Origin: Eledone cirrhosa
Taxonomy: Eukaryota
Assembly: GCA_964016885.1 (NCBI GenBank)
Contig: OZ024743.1
Span: 256,928,001 to 256,992,000, forward strand
Length of the DNA stretch: 64,000 nt
Reading direction: 5' to 3'
Of the stretch, positions 12,054 through 24,909 are shown piece after piece; position 1 is the first letter of the stretch, and every line of letters begins with the position of its first letter. Made by a program: the position numbers and the translations under genes. The notes under the pieces are model-generated. The model was not told the DNA's origin, searched no databases, and was given only the letters and a program-made list of their open reading frames with translations.

Positions 12054-12458
12054 AACTATAGTAGGTAAAGTCAATTTTTTAAAATTTATTTTGAAACTTT
12101 TTCATTATTTGCTAAACCTTGATTATATATGTTCTGGCTCGTTAATTTATTAACCTGCCATTGAATCACATTGGCATTTGGTTGGAAAATACATGCGTCC
12201 CTTAGCGCCTTGTGCGTGTAGGAACACATATCCTATTATTACAATCCTCCTCTATGTTGAGAAAAAAATTTGGTCGTTCCGACTGCTGCTAGTGATGGTG
12301 GTGGACGATTTGGCCTCCCTCCCTCTGCCTCTATCTTTACTTCGGCCCTTGAAAAAATTGATTCCACTTCATTCACTCTCATCTCGGGAACAGTTTTGGA
12401 GAGCGCTAGTTCGTTCGTAATTTAAATTCAAGAATTTTATATTCTTCGAATGAAAAGA

Positions 12459-12541
12459 ACCTTCTGACGAGAAGCTTTCTTTGCAATGAAGGCCGTATGA
12501 TCTCCGTTTATTTTTGAGATTCGAAACCGATCGGTAAAGGT
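12459..12541 (+). ncRNA. Type I hammerhead ribozyme (488-bp family)
   Basis: acctt-CTGACGA-gaagct..agattc-GAAA-ccgatcgg-TA-aaggt; predicted cut after A12536. Confidence 0.85.
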
Positions 12542-12611
12542 AACTATAGTAGGTAAAGTCAATTTTTTTTAATTTATTTTGAAACTTTTTCATTATTTGC
12601 TAAACCTTGAT

Positions 12612-13561
<950 letters not shown>

Positions 13562-13590
13562 AATCAAAGTTCTGTTCAAACCATTTATTA

Positions 13591-13634
13591 GCTTACAATT
13601 GTTTCATCCAAACCGAGGTTTGGCTCTTCGGAGC
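13591..13634 (-). ncRNA. Hammerhead variant (CCGAAGA core) in the inverted pLTR
   Basis: Inverted copy of 17824-17867. Confidence 0.65.
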
Positions 13635-14202
13635 AATTTTTCAATGTTTGTTTACATACATGACCTCCTTTCCAACACAAGAGACATACAGATACATATG
13701 TATATATCGATGCACAGTGGGGTGACATCCATTATAATATTTTTGCAATGCAATTTAAATTCAAAAATTAAAATCTTATTAAAACAGAATCAAAGCAAAA
13801 TTAAAGTTAAAATACAACATCGGCAGTTTACGTAGATAATGCAAGAGGATAGTTTGTTAGTCAGTTGAAGTAGTTATTGCATGCAATAGTTACACGTGGA
13901 GAATGCACGTGTGTCTTATTTATATATGATTATTGTGCGGCAAGGTGTTATATAAAATACAAGCACTTTAAGCGGGTAATCAAGAGTATTATGGAGGTTG
14001 TAGTGGTAAAGTATTTTTTGTGTATGATAAAGAAGCTTGTGTGCAGAGAAATATTATAAATGAGAAGCAAAATAATGTTATGGGTTTTGTATACACCACC
14101 ATTTTCACAATTCAGGAAGCGTAATATATAGTTTATATGTCCTTCACATAATTAACGATGATTCAGTATTGAATGTTTGATGTATTAAGTTAAATTATTA
14201 CA

Positions 14203-16290
14203 AAACTAGTAATAAAATTATTGTACATGCGGACAAAACTAATAACATATACAGCCTAGATTATAATACATATAGAAAGTTTATATATAATGAACTACAT
14301 AAAAGCTACAAGAAAACTACTATGAAAAACTTGGAAGAAATTAATATAGAAGGCTATAATATAGTGTCCAAACTAGGACTTCGGAGACATACACAACCAT
14401 GTACCCCAAAGCCCCCTAGATTCTCTCTGAAGGACCATAAGGAGCACTTCATTAGCAACCCCTCGATTAGACTCATCTGCCCTTCCAAGTCTGACATTGG
14501 CATTATCAGTAACACAATTTTAGATAAAATCATCCCACAGATTAAACACAAGATATACCTTAAATAATGGGGAAATACGGGTGAAGTTATTGAATGGTTC
14601 AAAGATATCAAGGAAAACAAGGATAACAAATTTATTCAATTTGATATCAATTCATACTAAACCTCTATTTCCCCTATTCTATTAAATAAGGCACTAATCA
14701 TGGCCATGAACAATAGTGACCTGACTAGACCCCAGATTGATGTCATACTTGTGGCCCGTAAAACCGTAATCACCTTTTGAAGACCAATTATGGACCCGCA
14801 AGGATACGCAAAACAACTTCGACATAACCATGGGATCTAGTGACTCGGCGCAGGTCATTGATTTGATCGGCCTATATTTACTTAACGAAATCCATAAGGA
14901 CTTGCCATACCTCAACGGTTGTTTGTACCGCGATGATGCACTTCTACTTATAGACTATAAATAATTCAATATAGAAAGAACTAGAAAACTATTGCACAAG
15001 ACATTCAAAAACTATAACCTAAGTATCACCATAGACAAAAACACTAAACATTTTAAATTCCTAGACGCCACCCTCTACCTAGACTCAAGGATATATGCAC
15101 CATTCCATAAACCTAACGAAAAACTGATTTACGTAGATACCAAGTCTAACCACCCTAGATCAATATTAAACTCTATCTCTAAGTGAGTATCCAATAGAAT
15201 CTCTAATCTATCCTATGACGTAAACATATTTAGCAAAAACTCGCAATATTATAATCAGGCATTAGCTAGATCAGGCCATAATAAGGAGATCGAGTTCCTA
15301 CCTACAAAAACACATAGCTACAACATTATTTCGCACAATATGTCCATGAGGAAAAATAGTAATAAGAATAGCAACCACACACACACTAATACGAAGGATG
15401 CCAACAAACGTAACCCACACCACAGAAGTTACCATAGTACCATAAACGGAAACCACTCACCAGACATAAAAAACAAAAATAGAATAAGAAATAATACATT
15501 TTTCAACCCTCCTTTCAATCTAAACATCTCTACTAACCTAGCTAAGGCTTTCTTCTCACTCCTAGATAAAAACTTCCCATCTGACCACAAGTACCATAGC
15601 CTTTTAAACAAAAACACAATTAAAATCTCCTACTCTACCACGCCTAACATAGCATACCACATAGCTAGTAGCAATAAAAGAAAAAATAATTCTTACTTCC
15701 AACAAACTAAATCACAACAGGGGGTAAACCTTCAACATAACATTATATCAACTAAACCTGATAACAATAGTAATAATAGTAATAGCACTAATGTAAGCAA
15801 TAACGCTGGGAACGACAACCCCCATAACCATAATCCAACAGCTACCATCCAGACTTCTACACAACATAATAACCGGCAGGCTAACATCCAAAATAATTGT
15901 AACTGTAGATCTAATAGAACCTGCCTTTAGATAAAAAATGCTTAATCAAGGATATCATATACTCATGCACCGTCACAACTAGCAACTCTTCTGAAACCTA
16001 TATAGGTTCTACTTCAAACTGTTTCGAAACCAGATACAATTCGCACCTCCATTCTTTCAAAAAACACAGTCTAGCCAACTCCACTTCACTATCTAGCTAC
16101 ATACACTATCTAAAAACTAAAAATAGATCTTATACACTTAAATGGGAAGTGATAGGTAAGGCGACATCGTACAAACCACCTAATAAATTTTGTAACCTCA
16201 GTCTACATAGACCCATACTATTATCTTCTAAAACCATAACCTCCTTAATAAAAAATCAGAAGTGTTCGCGTCATGCCAGCACCGTTTCCG
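14203..16290 (+). pseudogene. PLE RT - GIY-YIG polyprotein, many stops and frameshifts
   Basis: SLKDHKEHF..IRLICPSKSDIG, IQFDI, FDITMGS, LYRDDA, FLDATL, HKPN..SNHP, FFNPPF, CNC..C, DIIYSC..TYIGST. Confidence 0.85.
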
Positions 16291-17823
16291 ACACTCCTTC
16301 CAAAACTTTAAACCCAATATATAGCAATGTCAGACTTGAACCCATCACCACTTCTAGCAACACACCTCAAGGGCACACCTTCCACCACAACTCCACACTC
16401 AATGATTCACCCTATCTTAACACAATTTGTGACATCTATCTAAAACCTTTTACCCTAGAAATATCCCCATGTACACCTACTTTTAGTATAATTACTTTCA
16501 ATTACTTAGACTACATTATATCACTATATAATTATATGTAAACTTTAAACACCGAATTCAGCAATGAATTATTTGTGCAAATGTTGTTGTATGTATGAGT
16601 GCTATCATTAGATAAATAGAAGATTAATTTATTAACATAAAATAGCTATATAACCTATATGTTGAGTACAATGAATTATGTACAAGTGGTTTGTGAGTTA
16701 TACATACATGTATAACTTGATAGACAGATTAATGACATTGTAAGTGAGAATTGCTCTTTGGTCTACCCTAGAGATATTTAACTTTGCCATGCAATCAGCC
16801 ATACGCTGACCCAGAGCTTACCAGGGGTTATATATAGACGTGGTTCTAATAAGACCCTGTCAGGTTCTGTGAGTAGACTACATTTACAAAGAACATTGAT
16901 ATGGAGATCTGACTCTTCGTATGGAATATTCAGTTGTAGCACTCTATGATAGGGAGTAATCATCCTAATATAGATACCTTTAGTACTTCTTGATAGAGTA
17001 GACTGTAATTTAAAGATAGGATACTTAAATTTGGAAACTGTATATAACCATATATATAAGGGACTCAATTGAGACACCTTTTAATGTACATTGGAATAAT
17101 AAATTTAGTTATAGAAATCAGCTAGCTACCTCCGCTCACGCATTAACTCCCCTTAATCACACACATACTTCTGGAAAGTAAAACGATGTAAATTCTCGCA
17201 ACAAAAACAACCTGCTCTATAAAATTGGATTAAAGAACACTGAGCCGCAACAAGCTGTAATAATTTAACTTAATACATCAAACATCCAATACTGAATCAT
17301 CGTTAATTATGTGAAGGACATATAAACTATATATTACGTTTCCCGAATTGTGAAAATCGTGGTGTATACAAAAACCATAACATTATTTTGCTTCTCATTT
17401 ATAATATTTCTCTGCACACAAGCTTCTTTATTATACACAAAAGATATTTTACCACTACAACCTCCATAATACTCTTGATTACCCGCTTAAAGTGCTTGTA
17501 TTGCATATAACACCTTGCCGCACAACAATCATATATAAATAAGACACGCGTGCATTCTCCACGTGTAACTATTGCATGCAATAACTACTTCAACTGACTA
17601 ACAAACTATCCTCTTGCATTATTTACGTAAACTGCCGATGTTGTATTTTAACTTTAATTTTGCTTTGATTCTGTTTTAATATGATTTTAATTTTTGAATT
17701 TAAATTGCCATGCAAAAATATTATAATGGATGTCACCCCACTGTGCATCGATATATACATATGTATCTGTATGTCTCTTGTGTTGGAAAGGAGGTCATGT
17801 ATGTAAACAAACATTGAAAAATT

Positions 17824-17867
17824 GCTCCGAAGAGCCAAACCTCGGTTTGGATGAAACAATTGTAAGC
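17824..17867 (+). ncRNA. Hammerhead variant (CCGAAGA core) in the 3' pLTR
   Basis: gct-CCGAAGA-g ccaaac(ctcg)gtttgg at-GAAAC-aatt-GTA-agc, followed by AATAAA. Confidence 0.65.
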
Positions 17868-18081
17868 TAATAAATGGTTTGAACAGAACTTTGATTCATG
17901 GGAATTCTATATAACTGCTCTGTAGAACAACTGATGTTATTACATTGAGCTATTTATCTTACTGGTAATAAGGTAGTAATAAATTACTGTCTTTCACCGT
18001 TTAGGGTTTAAAATATATATAACTATAAAAGTTTTAGTATATACATAACCATAAATAGTATCCTTAATACTATATATATAT

Positions 18082-18128
<47 letters not shown>

Positions 18129-18137
18129 TACACACAC

Positions 18138-18169
<32 letters not shown>

Positions 18170-18320
18170 ATACACACACATACACACATATTCATACACA
18201 TACACACATATATACACAAATATACACATACATACATCTATCCATAAAAATACACATACACACATATATATATATATATAAACACACACACATATATATA
18301 CATATATCTATAAATATATA

Positions 18321-20945
18321 TTGTCGAGGCTTCCAAACGACTTAAAGAAATTTACCTTATTATTCCACAATGCTTCAAGCAAACTTCAATACTCTCTTAT
18401 CCTTACACCTGAGCCAGGAATTGTTGCATCCGTAAGGGAACTGTTTAGACTGTCGGAGAAATGGGCCAATGCTGGCTGCCAAATTATTTTCCTGAAAGGC
18501 TGCCTAAAAAACCATGTCATCCCCAACACCATCAGGAACATCCGCTTACCAGTAGGCCTACGTACACCAGCTTTCCAAAACACCACTAACCGCATACATC
18601 GCACGTGTATTAAACAGATCCTGAGACATCTCAACCGCCAATTACACGTCCATAAGCGGACACATCGACTGTCAATAACACCCGGCGACTTGCTCCTGAA
18701 AATCACTAAAGCAATCGACCAGTGCTACCACCCCAGAGTCCAATACGAGAAAAAACGGTTCAAGCGGAAATATGAGTGGATCTTGTCTAAACTCCACAAC
18801 AAGAACATCGACACTAACGAACAGACGGACCAGAACCACATGGAAAACAACAACTTAACAACCGCCACCGCCGCAATACCAACACCGAGCCACACCTCAA
18901 CGATGCGACGCACCTGGTCACCGACCTAACCGGCACTCTCACGAGCGACGAGCTGAAAATCCTACACCTCGGACCCAAGTTCATCGTCTCACAACGACTC
19001 GACGACAGACTCAAACTCAACATCGAGGCCAACTTTTGTCGAATCGCTTACCAACTTAAATGGGTGACCGCCATCAACAGCGCCACAGAAAATAATAGCG
19101 CCCACGCAACCCACCCCAAGTTCCCCACTTACCACCCCGACAACCCACTCCACCCCCCACCCACCAACCACGAACTCGACACTAAACTCATCAGGCTAAA
19201 ACATTCCATCTCGGATATACTTCACAAACACACACACACACGCACAACACACAACCTCACCAAATCTCAACTCACCACTCTCTCCAGCCTAAAATCGAAG
19301 AACCTCATCTACCTCCCCTCCGACAAGGGAAAAGAATTCTGCGTCATCAGCAGAGAGGCCTACAACACCCTGGCCCTCCAACACCTTGACGATGACAACC
19401 TCTACTCCAAGGTCACGGGAATCACTCCCGCGCAGATAGAAGAGCACATAAACGCCGCCTGGACCAACATCTGCGACCGGCGGAAGCTCCCGAAGAAGCT
19501 GAGATACAACCTCCTCACGAGAAACAGCAGACTACCCGCCTTCTACCACCTCGTGAAAACACAAAAACAGGGACCAGACCTGAAGATCAGGCCCATTGTA
19601 TCGAGCGTGGAAGGACCACTCTACAAAATGTTATGGCTCCTAGCCAGAATACTCAAACCCATCTTAGACACCTTGCCGGGACACGTTAACGGCTCCGAGG
19701 AGGTGTTGAAGCGCCTGCATCAAATGGATCCCGACACCAGAAAGAATAACAGATGTGTCTTCAGCCTTGATGTAGTCGCTCTCTACACCTCGGTCCCGGC
19801 ACTCCCGGCCGTCAATATAGTGATAGAACGCGTCCAATCCACCGAATTACACTGCTTCGGGATCACCACCACTGACATCCACCAACTCCTATCCATCGTC
19901 GTCGACAACACCTACTTCGGATTCCTTGACCAAACATACCAACAAACCTCGGGACTGCCCATGGGAACAAGCCTGTCGGGTGTGCTAGCGATCTCTTACA
20001 TGGACAGCCTCGAGCGCAAGGCACTCAATGCCTGCCACCCCAACGCCGTAGCCTTTTTCTCAAGGTACGTGGACTATATCATCTTCCTCACATCTTCCCA
20101 AGACATGGCGAACAGAATCTATGAGACGTTCAACAACACGGACGAGAACATTGACTTCAGTGTTGAACACCACAACGACGACGGGTCACTTGCCCTCCTC
20201 GACTTCCGAATCAACATCACGGAACAGTGAGGGATCCACTGCAACTTATACCGAAAGGCAGCCTGCAAGTACCTGTTCGTCCACTACAAGTCCTCCCTCC
20301 CTAACAGTGCCAAAAGAGGATATATCACGAACGAGATCGCGCGAATCAAAAACAGATGCAGCGATCCCGCGAGTGGTGTCACTCATACCAAGTGATTCCT
20401 CGAGGTGCTGGATACGAAAGGGTACCCTACCTCGCTCACAGACAGAGTAGGAGACACGAGACACAAGAAACAGAGAGGCAGCCAAGGCAAGTGCTTCCTT
20501 AAAATCCCACACCTGGGCGAGAATACCACCAACGCTATCCGCAAGGCTATGCGGAGGGAGGGCCTCGAACATCCACCTGGCCCACTCGGGCCCCACCCTG
20601 CGAAGATGCGTCTCCAGGAAACCCGGGAAATCAACTGACGCGTGCTCCATCAGAGACTGCTCGATGCGCCATGCGAACTGTTGCCTACGCACATACGTCG
20701 TGTATAAAATAGAATGTAACAAGTGCAACCAATACAATATAGGTAGCACAATCCGGCCGTTGCACATCCGGATCAAGGAACACACTAAAACCAGGGCCTC
20801 GTCTTTCCGGAAACACATAGGCAAATGCGGAAACAAAGACGGAAGGCCCATTGTCACAATTCTAGCGACAGAAAGAAACGTCGGCACGTTACGTATCAAG
20901 GAAGCACTTTGGATCAAACGCCTCGGGCCACAATTAAACAACTGA
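18321..20945 (+). pseudogene. PLE RT - GIY-YIG polyprotein, frameshifted
   Basis: LGPKF, PSDKG, KIRPIVS, SLDVVALYTSV, GLPMGTSLS, RYVDY (YVDD altered), VVYKIECNKCNQYNIGST..RIKEH..KEALWI..LN. Confidence 0.9.
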
Positions 20946-21337
20946 TCCGAGAGAAGCAAAATGAGCTGGTTGGTTTAAGTTAACAAACGATGCAGCAACA
21001 CACGTGCACACACACACATGCGAGACAGCAACACACACACAGTCACACAGTAGCATTCCACCATACTAACATACTTCACTGCCAATACAGAGGAACAAGG
21101 CAACAACACACGCACACACACACACAGTAACATTCACCAAACAGACAGAGAATGGACTGACAGCTAGCGCCACCCGACTACCGCAATTGAAAGAACTACT
21201 TCGGCCGCTGACCTCTGCCTGACCCACACCATTTCACGCGCACACGCGCTCTGCTGAATACCTCAGATATTCAAAACAACGAACAGCGGAGGACACGTTT
21301 CGCACCTTTCCGACAGAACCCCCCCCCCCGGAAAAAA

Positions 21338-21373
21338 CCCCAGTTGATGGATGTGAATCCGAAATATATAGGG
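21338..21373 (+). ncRNA. Minimal hammerhead remnant in the PLE 3' repeat
   Basis: ccc-CAGTTGA-t ggat(gtga)atcc-GAAA-tata-TA-ggg; core has two mismatches to CTGATGA. Confidence 0.5.
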
Positions 21374-21650
21374 ACAATTAAATCTCTCCCAAGGTAACTC
21401 TTTCTCGTGTTGTTATTTTTATGTTTATCCTTTACGCTCTGTCCTTCATTCCTCTACACGTTACAGTCTTATACACGCCACGCATCTCAACGTACACCCA
21501 CTTACATCTTTCTCTCCACCACCGGATCTTGTTACCCGGAGATTTACCCATCTGCATTGTCGAGGCTTCCAAACGACTTAAATAAATTTACCTTATTATT
21601 CCACAATGCTTCAAGTAAATTTCAATACTCTCTTATAAATATATATATAT

Positions 21651-21845
21651 ATATTTATTAAAATAACAGATTAAAGTTTAAGCAAAGAATCGCTGCTTTC
21701 CCGTTAAGGGTGAAAGCAGCGATTCTTTGCATAAACTTTAATCTGTTATTTTAATAAATATTTGCTCTACGGTTCTTATATATTTGATATATATTTATCC
21801 TTATCGAGCCCTCTTTGGATTTTAGTCTTCAAATTTATTATTATT
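21651..21845. repeat. Fold-back element family D
   Basis: Near-perfect palindrome 21651-21761; one arm recurs at 29340-29400. Confidence 0.7.
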
Positions 21846-21863
21846 ACTATATATATATATATA

Positions 21864-22050
21864 GGGCGGTGAATTGGCAGTATCGGTAGAGGGTTGGATT
21901 ATGCTTTCCAGCATAGTTACGTCCTTTTACGATCTGAGTTCAATTCCCGCCGAGGTTAACTTTGCCTTTCATCCTTACGGGGTCGATAAAATAAAGCACC
22001 AGTAATGTACTGGGATAATTGCTGGCCTTGTTCCAAAAAGTAGAAACAAT

Positions 22051-22051
<1 letters not shown>
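21864..22051 (+). mobile_element. tRNA-derived SINE (OR1/Meta-like)
   Basis: Homologous to 2884-3073. Confidence 0.85.
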
Positions 22052-22089
<38 letters not shown>

Positions 22090-22190
22090 CATAAATACAT
22101 ACACAGATATATATATAAATATACATACATACAGATATATACATATACATATACATATATATATATACACACATACACATACATATACAC

Positions 22191-22223
<33 letters not shown>

Positions 22224-22244
22224 CATATACATATACATACATAC

Positions 22245-22324
<80 letters not shown>

Positions 22325-22327
<3 letters not shown>

Positions 22328-23143
22328 GAAAGACGTAAAATAAGAAAATTAAAAAAAAAATTAAAAATTAACTTACTAAAATTTCACTCCAACTAATTAG
22401 TTTCTGTAATGGGATAAAGATAGTTACGTAATATAACCATCGAGAATTTCTTACGTCATCAGGGAGTCTATTCTCAGCCAAGTCTCCAGGCAATGCGCGG
22501 ACACTAGGGACTCATATAAAAATAATAATAATTCGGTAGATGGAACAGCTAGCGGGGACTGGATTCCATGCACTGAAAAAGTTCGCTGTCTCTGGTCAAA
22601 TGGCAGATTCTAAAGAATCAATCACGTGACACTGAGGCTAGTCGGAAGGTAAGATGACAAAAGCCTACTACCACACCAATGAATTAGTAATGGATTTGGC
22701 AGGTTTGTTCAACAAATAAATAATTTGGAGATAAATATAGAGAATTAGTATATCTACCAACATATGCGTACAGATGTACACTAATGCTAGCAAATACATA
22801 AGTTATATCATAGTACCTAGGTGGTTCAGTGCAGGAGGATGCAGAAAAATTATGAAAGACGTAAAATAAGAAAATTAAAAAAAAAATTAAAAATTAACTT
22901 ACTAAAAATAATAATAATTCGGTGGATGGAACAGCTAGCGGGGACTGGATTCCATGCACTGAAAAAATTCGCTGTCTCTGTCGTTGTTAATTTTTAATAT
23001 ATATTTTTTTAATTTTCTTATTTTACGTCTTTCATAATTGTTCTGCATCCCCCTGCATTGAACCACCTAGGTACTATGACATAACTTATGTATTTGCTAG
23101 CATTAGTGTACATCTGTACGCATATGTTCGTAGATATACTAAT

Positions 23144-23148
<5 letters not shown>
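22325..23148 (-). mobile_element. ORF-less retrozyme-like element: inverted arm plus tandem 526-bp unit
   Basis: atgaaagacg at 22326 and 22852; 22986-23148 is the inverse of 22739-22898; HHR on the minus strand. Confidence 0.8.
22386..22467 (-). ncRNA. Type I hammerhead ribozyme (526-bp family)
   Basis: actcc-CTGATGA-c gtaa..ttac a-GAAAC-taatta-GTT-ggagt. Confidence 0.8.
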
Positions 23149-23175
<27 letters not shown>

Positions 23176-23242
23176 CACACATATACATATACATATATAT
23201 ATACATATACATATATATATACATATATATCCACATATATAT

Positions 23243-23323
<81 letters not shown>

Positions 23324-23370
23324 CATACACATATACATACATACATACATACATATATACATACACACAT

Positions 23371-23418
<48 letters not shown>

Positions 23419-23820
23419 GTTATCACATACATAAAATTAAATTAAATTAAATCAATGATACATATATGTGTTGCAACTGTTCACTTTTAAGCTCAATGAA
23501 GAATTAATAAGTTAAAATCAAAAAATCAGAGCATTATATCATAAAACGTGTCTATAGAATCAATCAGATATTAAAATATATACTATTTCTTCCTCTAATC
23601 AGCATAATTAACCATATACATAATCAAATCCAGCAAGCTTTAAGAGTAAATTTTCTAACTGGGAAATCTCCGACGAATAATTGACCGCAGCCAATTCGCG
23701 TTAAGCGACCAATCACACGCTTTCTCTCTGGCTGGTACACAGCTACATAGCGATCTTAGCCATTTTTAAATCTAAATTTGGCGGGGTCTGTCCGAGAAAT
23801 TAAATGTCTATTTCTGAGTT

Positions 23821-23901
23821 TGTCTCCTGATGATAATCCTGACTCGGGACAGTCCATATTATTTGGATGTCCTAAACAAGGAAGAAACCATGGTCGAGAT
23901 A
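23821..23901 (+). ncRNA. Type I hammerhead ribozyme (690-bp family)
   Basis: tgtctc-CTGATGA-long stem II (tcct/agga, ggaca/tgtcc, tcca/tgga)-GAAAC-catg-GTC-gagata; predicted cut after C23895. Confidence 0.88.
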
Positions 23902-24510
23902 TAATTACGGTATGTGCGCATTTCTTCTAAGTTTAATTTTACTACTAATTACGTGCGGTTGACGATATGTTTGATCGGATTCTGCATGCTGCCGAAGTGT
24001 TTGATAAATAATGGAACGGAGTTAACGCGAACTGGCTGCGGTCAATTATTTGTCGGAGATTTCCCAGTTAGAAAATTTACTCTTAAAGCTTGCTGGATTT
24101 GATTATGTATATGGTTAATTATGCTGAATAGAGGAAGAAATAGTATATATTTTAATATCTGATTGATTCTATAGACACGTTTTATGATATAATGCTCTGA
24201 TTTTTTGATTTTAACTTATTAATTCTTCATTGAGCTTAAAAGTGAACAGTTGCAACACATATATGTATCATTGATTTAATTTAATTTAATTTTATGTATG
24301 TGATAACTTCTATATTTAATAATCTCCCTATCGGTTGAGATTAAATTTGGCGATATATGGCTGCGCTTTCTTGCAGCATGCCTACCCGCGTTAAGCGACC
24401 AATCACACGCTTTCTCTCTGGCTGGTACACAGCTACATAGCGATCTTAGCCATTTTTGAATCTAAATTTGGCGGGGTCTGTCCGAGAAATTAAATGTCTA
24501 TTTCTGAGTT

Positions 24511-24591
24511 TGTCTCCTGATGATAATCCTGACTCGGGACAGTCCATATTATTTGGATGTCCTAAACAAGGAAGAAACCATGGTCGAGATA
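24511..24591 (+). ncRNA. Type I hammerhead ribozyme (690-bp family), second copy
   Basis: Identical to 23821-23901. Confidence 0.88.
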
Positions 24592-24874
24592 TAATTACGG
24601 TATGTGCGCATTTCTTCTAAGTTTAATTTTACTACTAATTACGTGCGGTTGACGATATGTTTGATCGGATTCTGCATGCTGCCGAAGTGTTTGATAAATA
24701 ATGGAACGGAGTTAACGCGAACTGGCTGCGGTCAATTATTTGTCGGAGATTTCCCAGTTAGAAAATTTACTCTTAAAGCTTGCTGGATTTGATTATGTAT
24801 ATGGTTAATTATGCTGATTAGAGGAAGAAATAGTATATATTTTAATATCTATTTGATTCTATAGACACGTTTTA

Positions 24875-24906
<32 letters not shown>

Positions 24907-24909
<3 letters not shown>

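Larger units (their letters stand above)
13551..17907 (+). mobile_element. Penelope-like element (Neptune-like) with 652-bp inverted terminal repeat
   Basis: 13551-14202 is the reverse complement of 17256-17907; decayed RT and GIY-YIG coding sequence in between. Confidence 0.9.
18320..21636 (+). mobile_element. Penelope-like element (Penelope/Poseidon-like), unit length, with direct terminal overlap
   Basis: About 80-bp direct repeat 18320-18400/21556-21636; flanked by (TA)n. Confidence 0.9.
23418..24880 (+). mobile_element. ORF-less retrozyme-like element: inverted arm plus 1.7 tandem 690-bp monomers
   Basis: cgcgttaagcgacc at 23697 and 24387; 23418-23704 is the inverse of about 24021-24308; flanked by (TA)n/(GA)n. 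Confidence 0.88.

Noticed and set aside
13599-14059. Duplicated 78-aa and 60-aa ORFs (also 17399-17859), and the 62-aa ORFs at 23914/24604
   Set aside because: Duplicated only because they lie in repeats; non-ATG starts and no recognisable motifs
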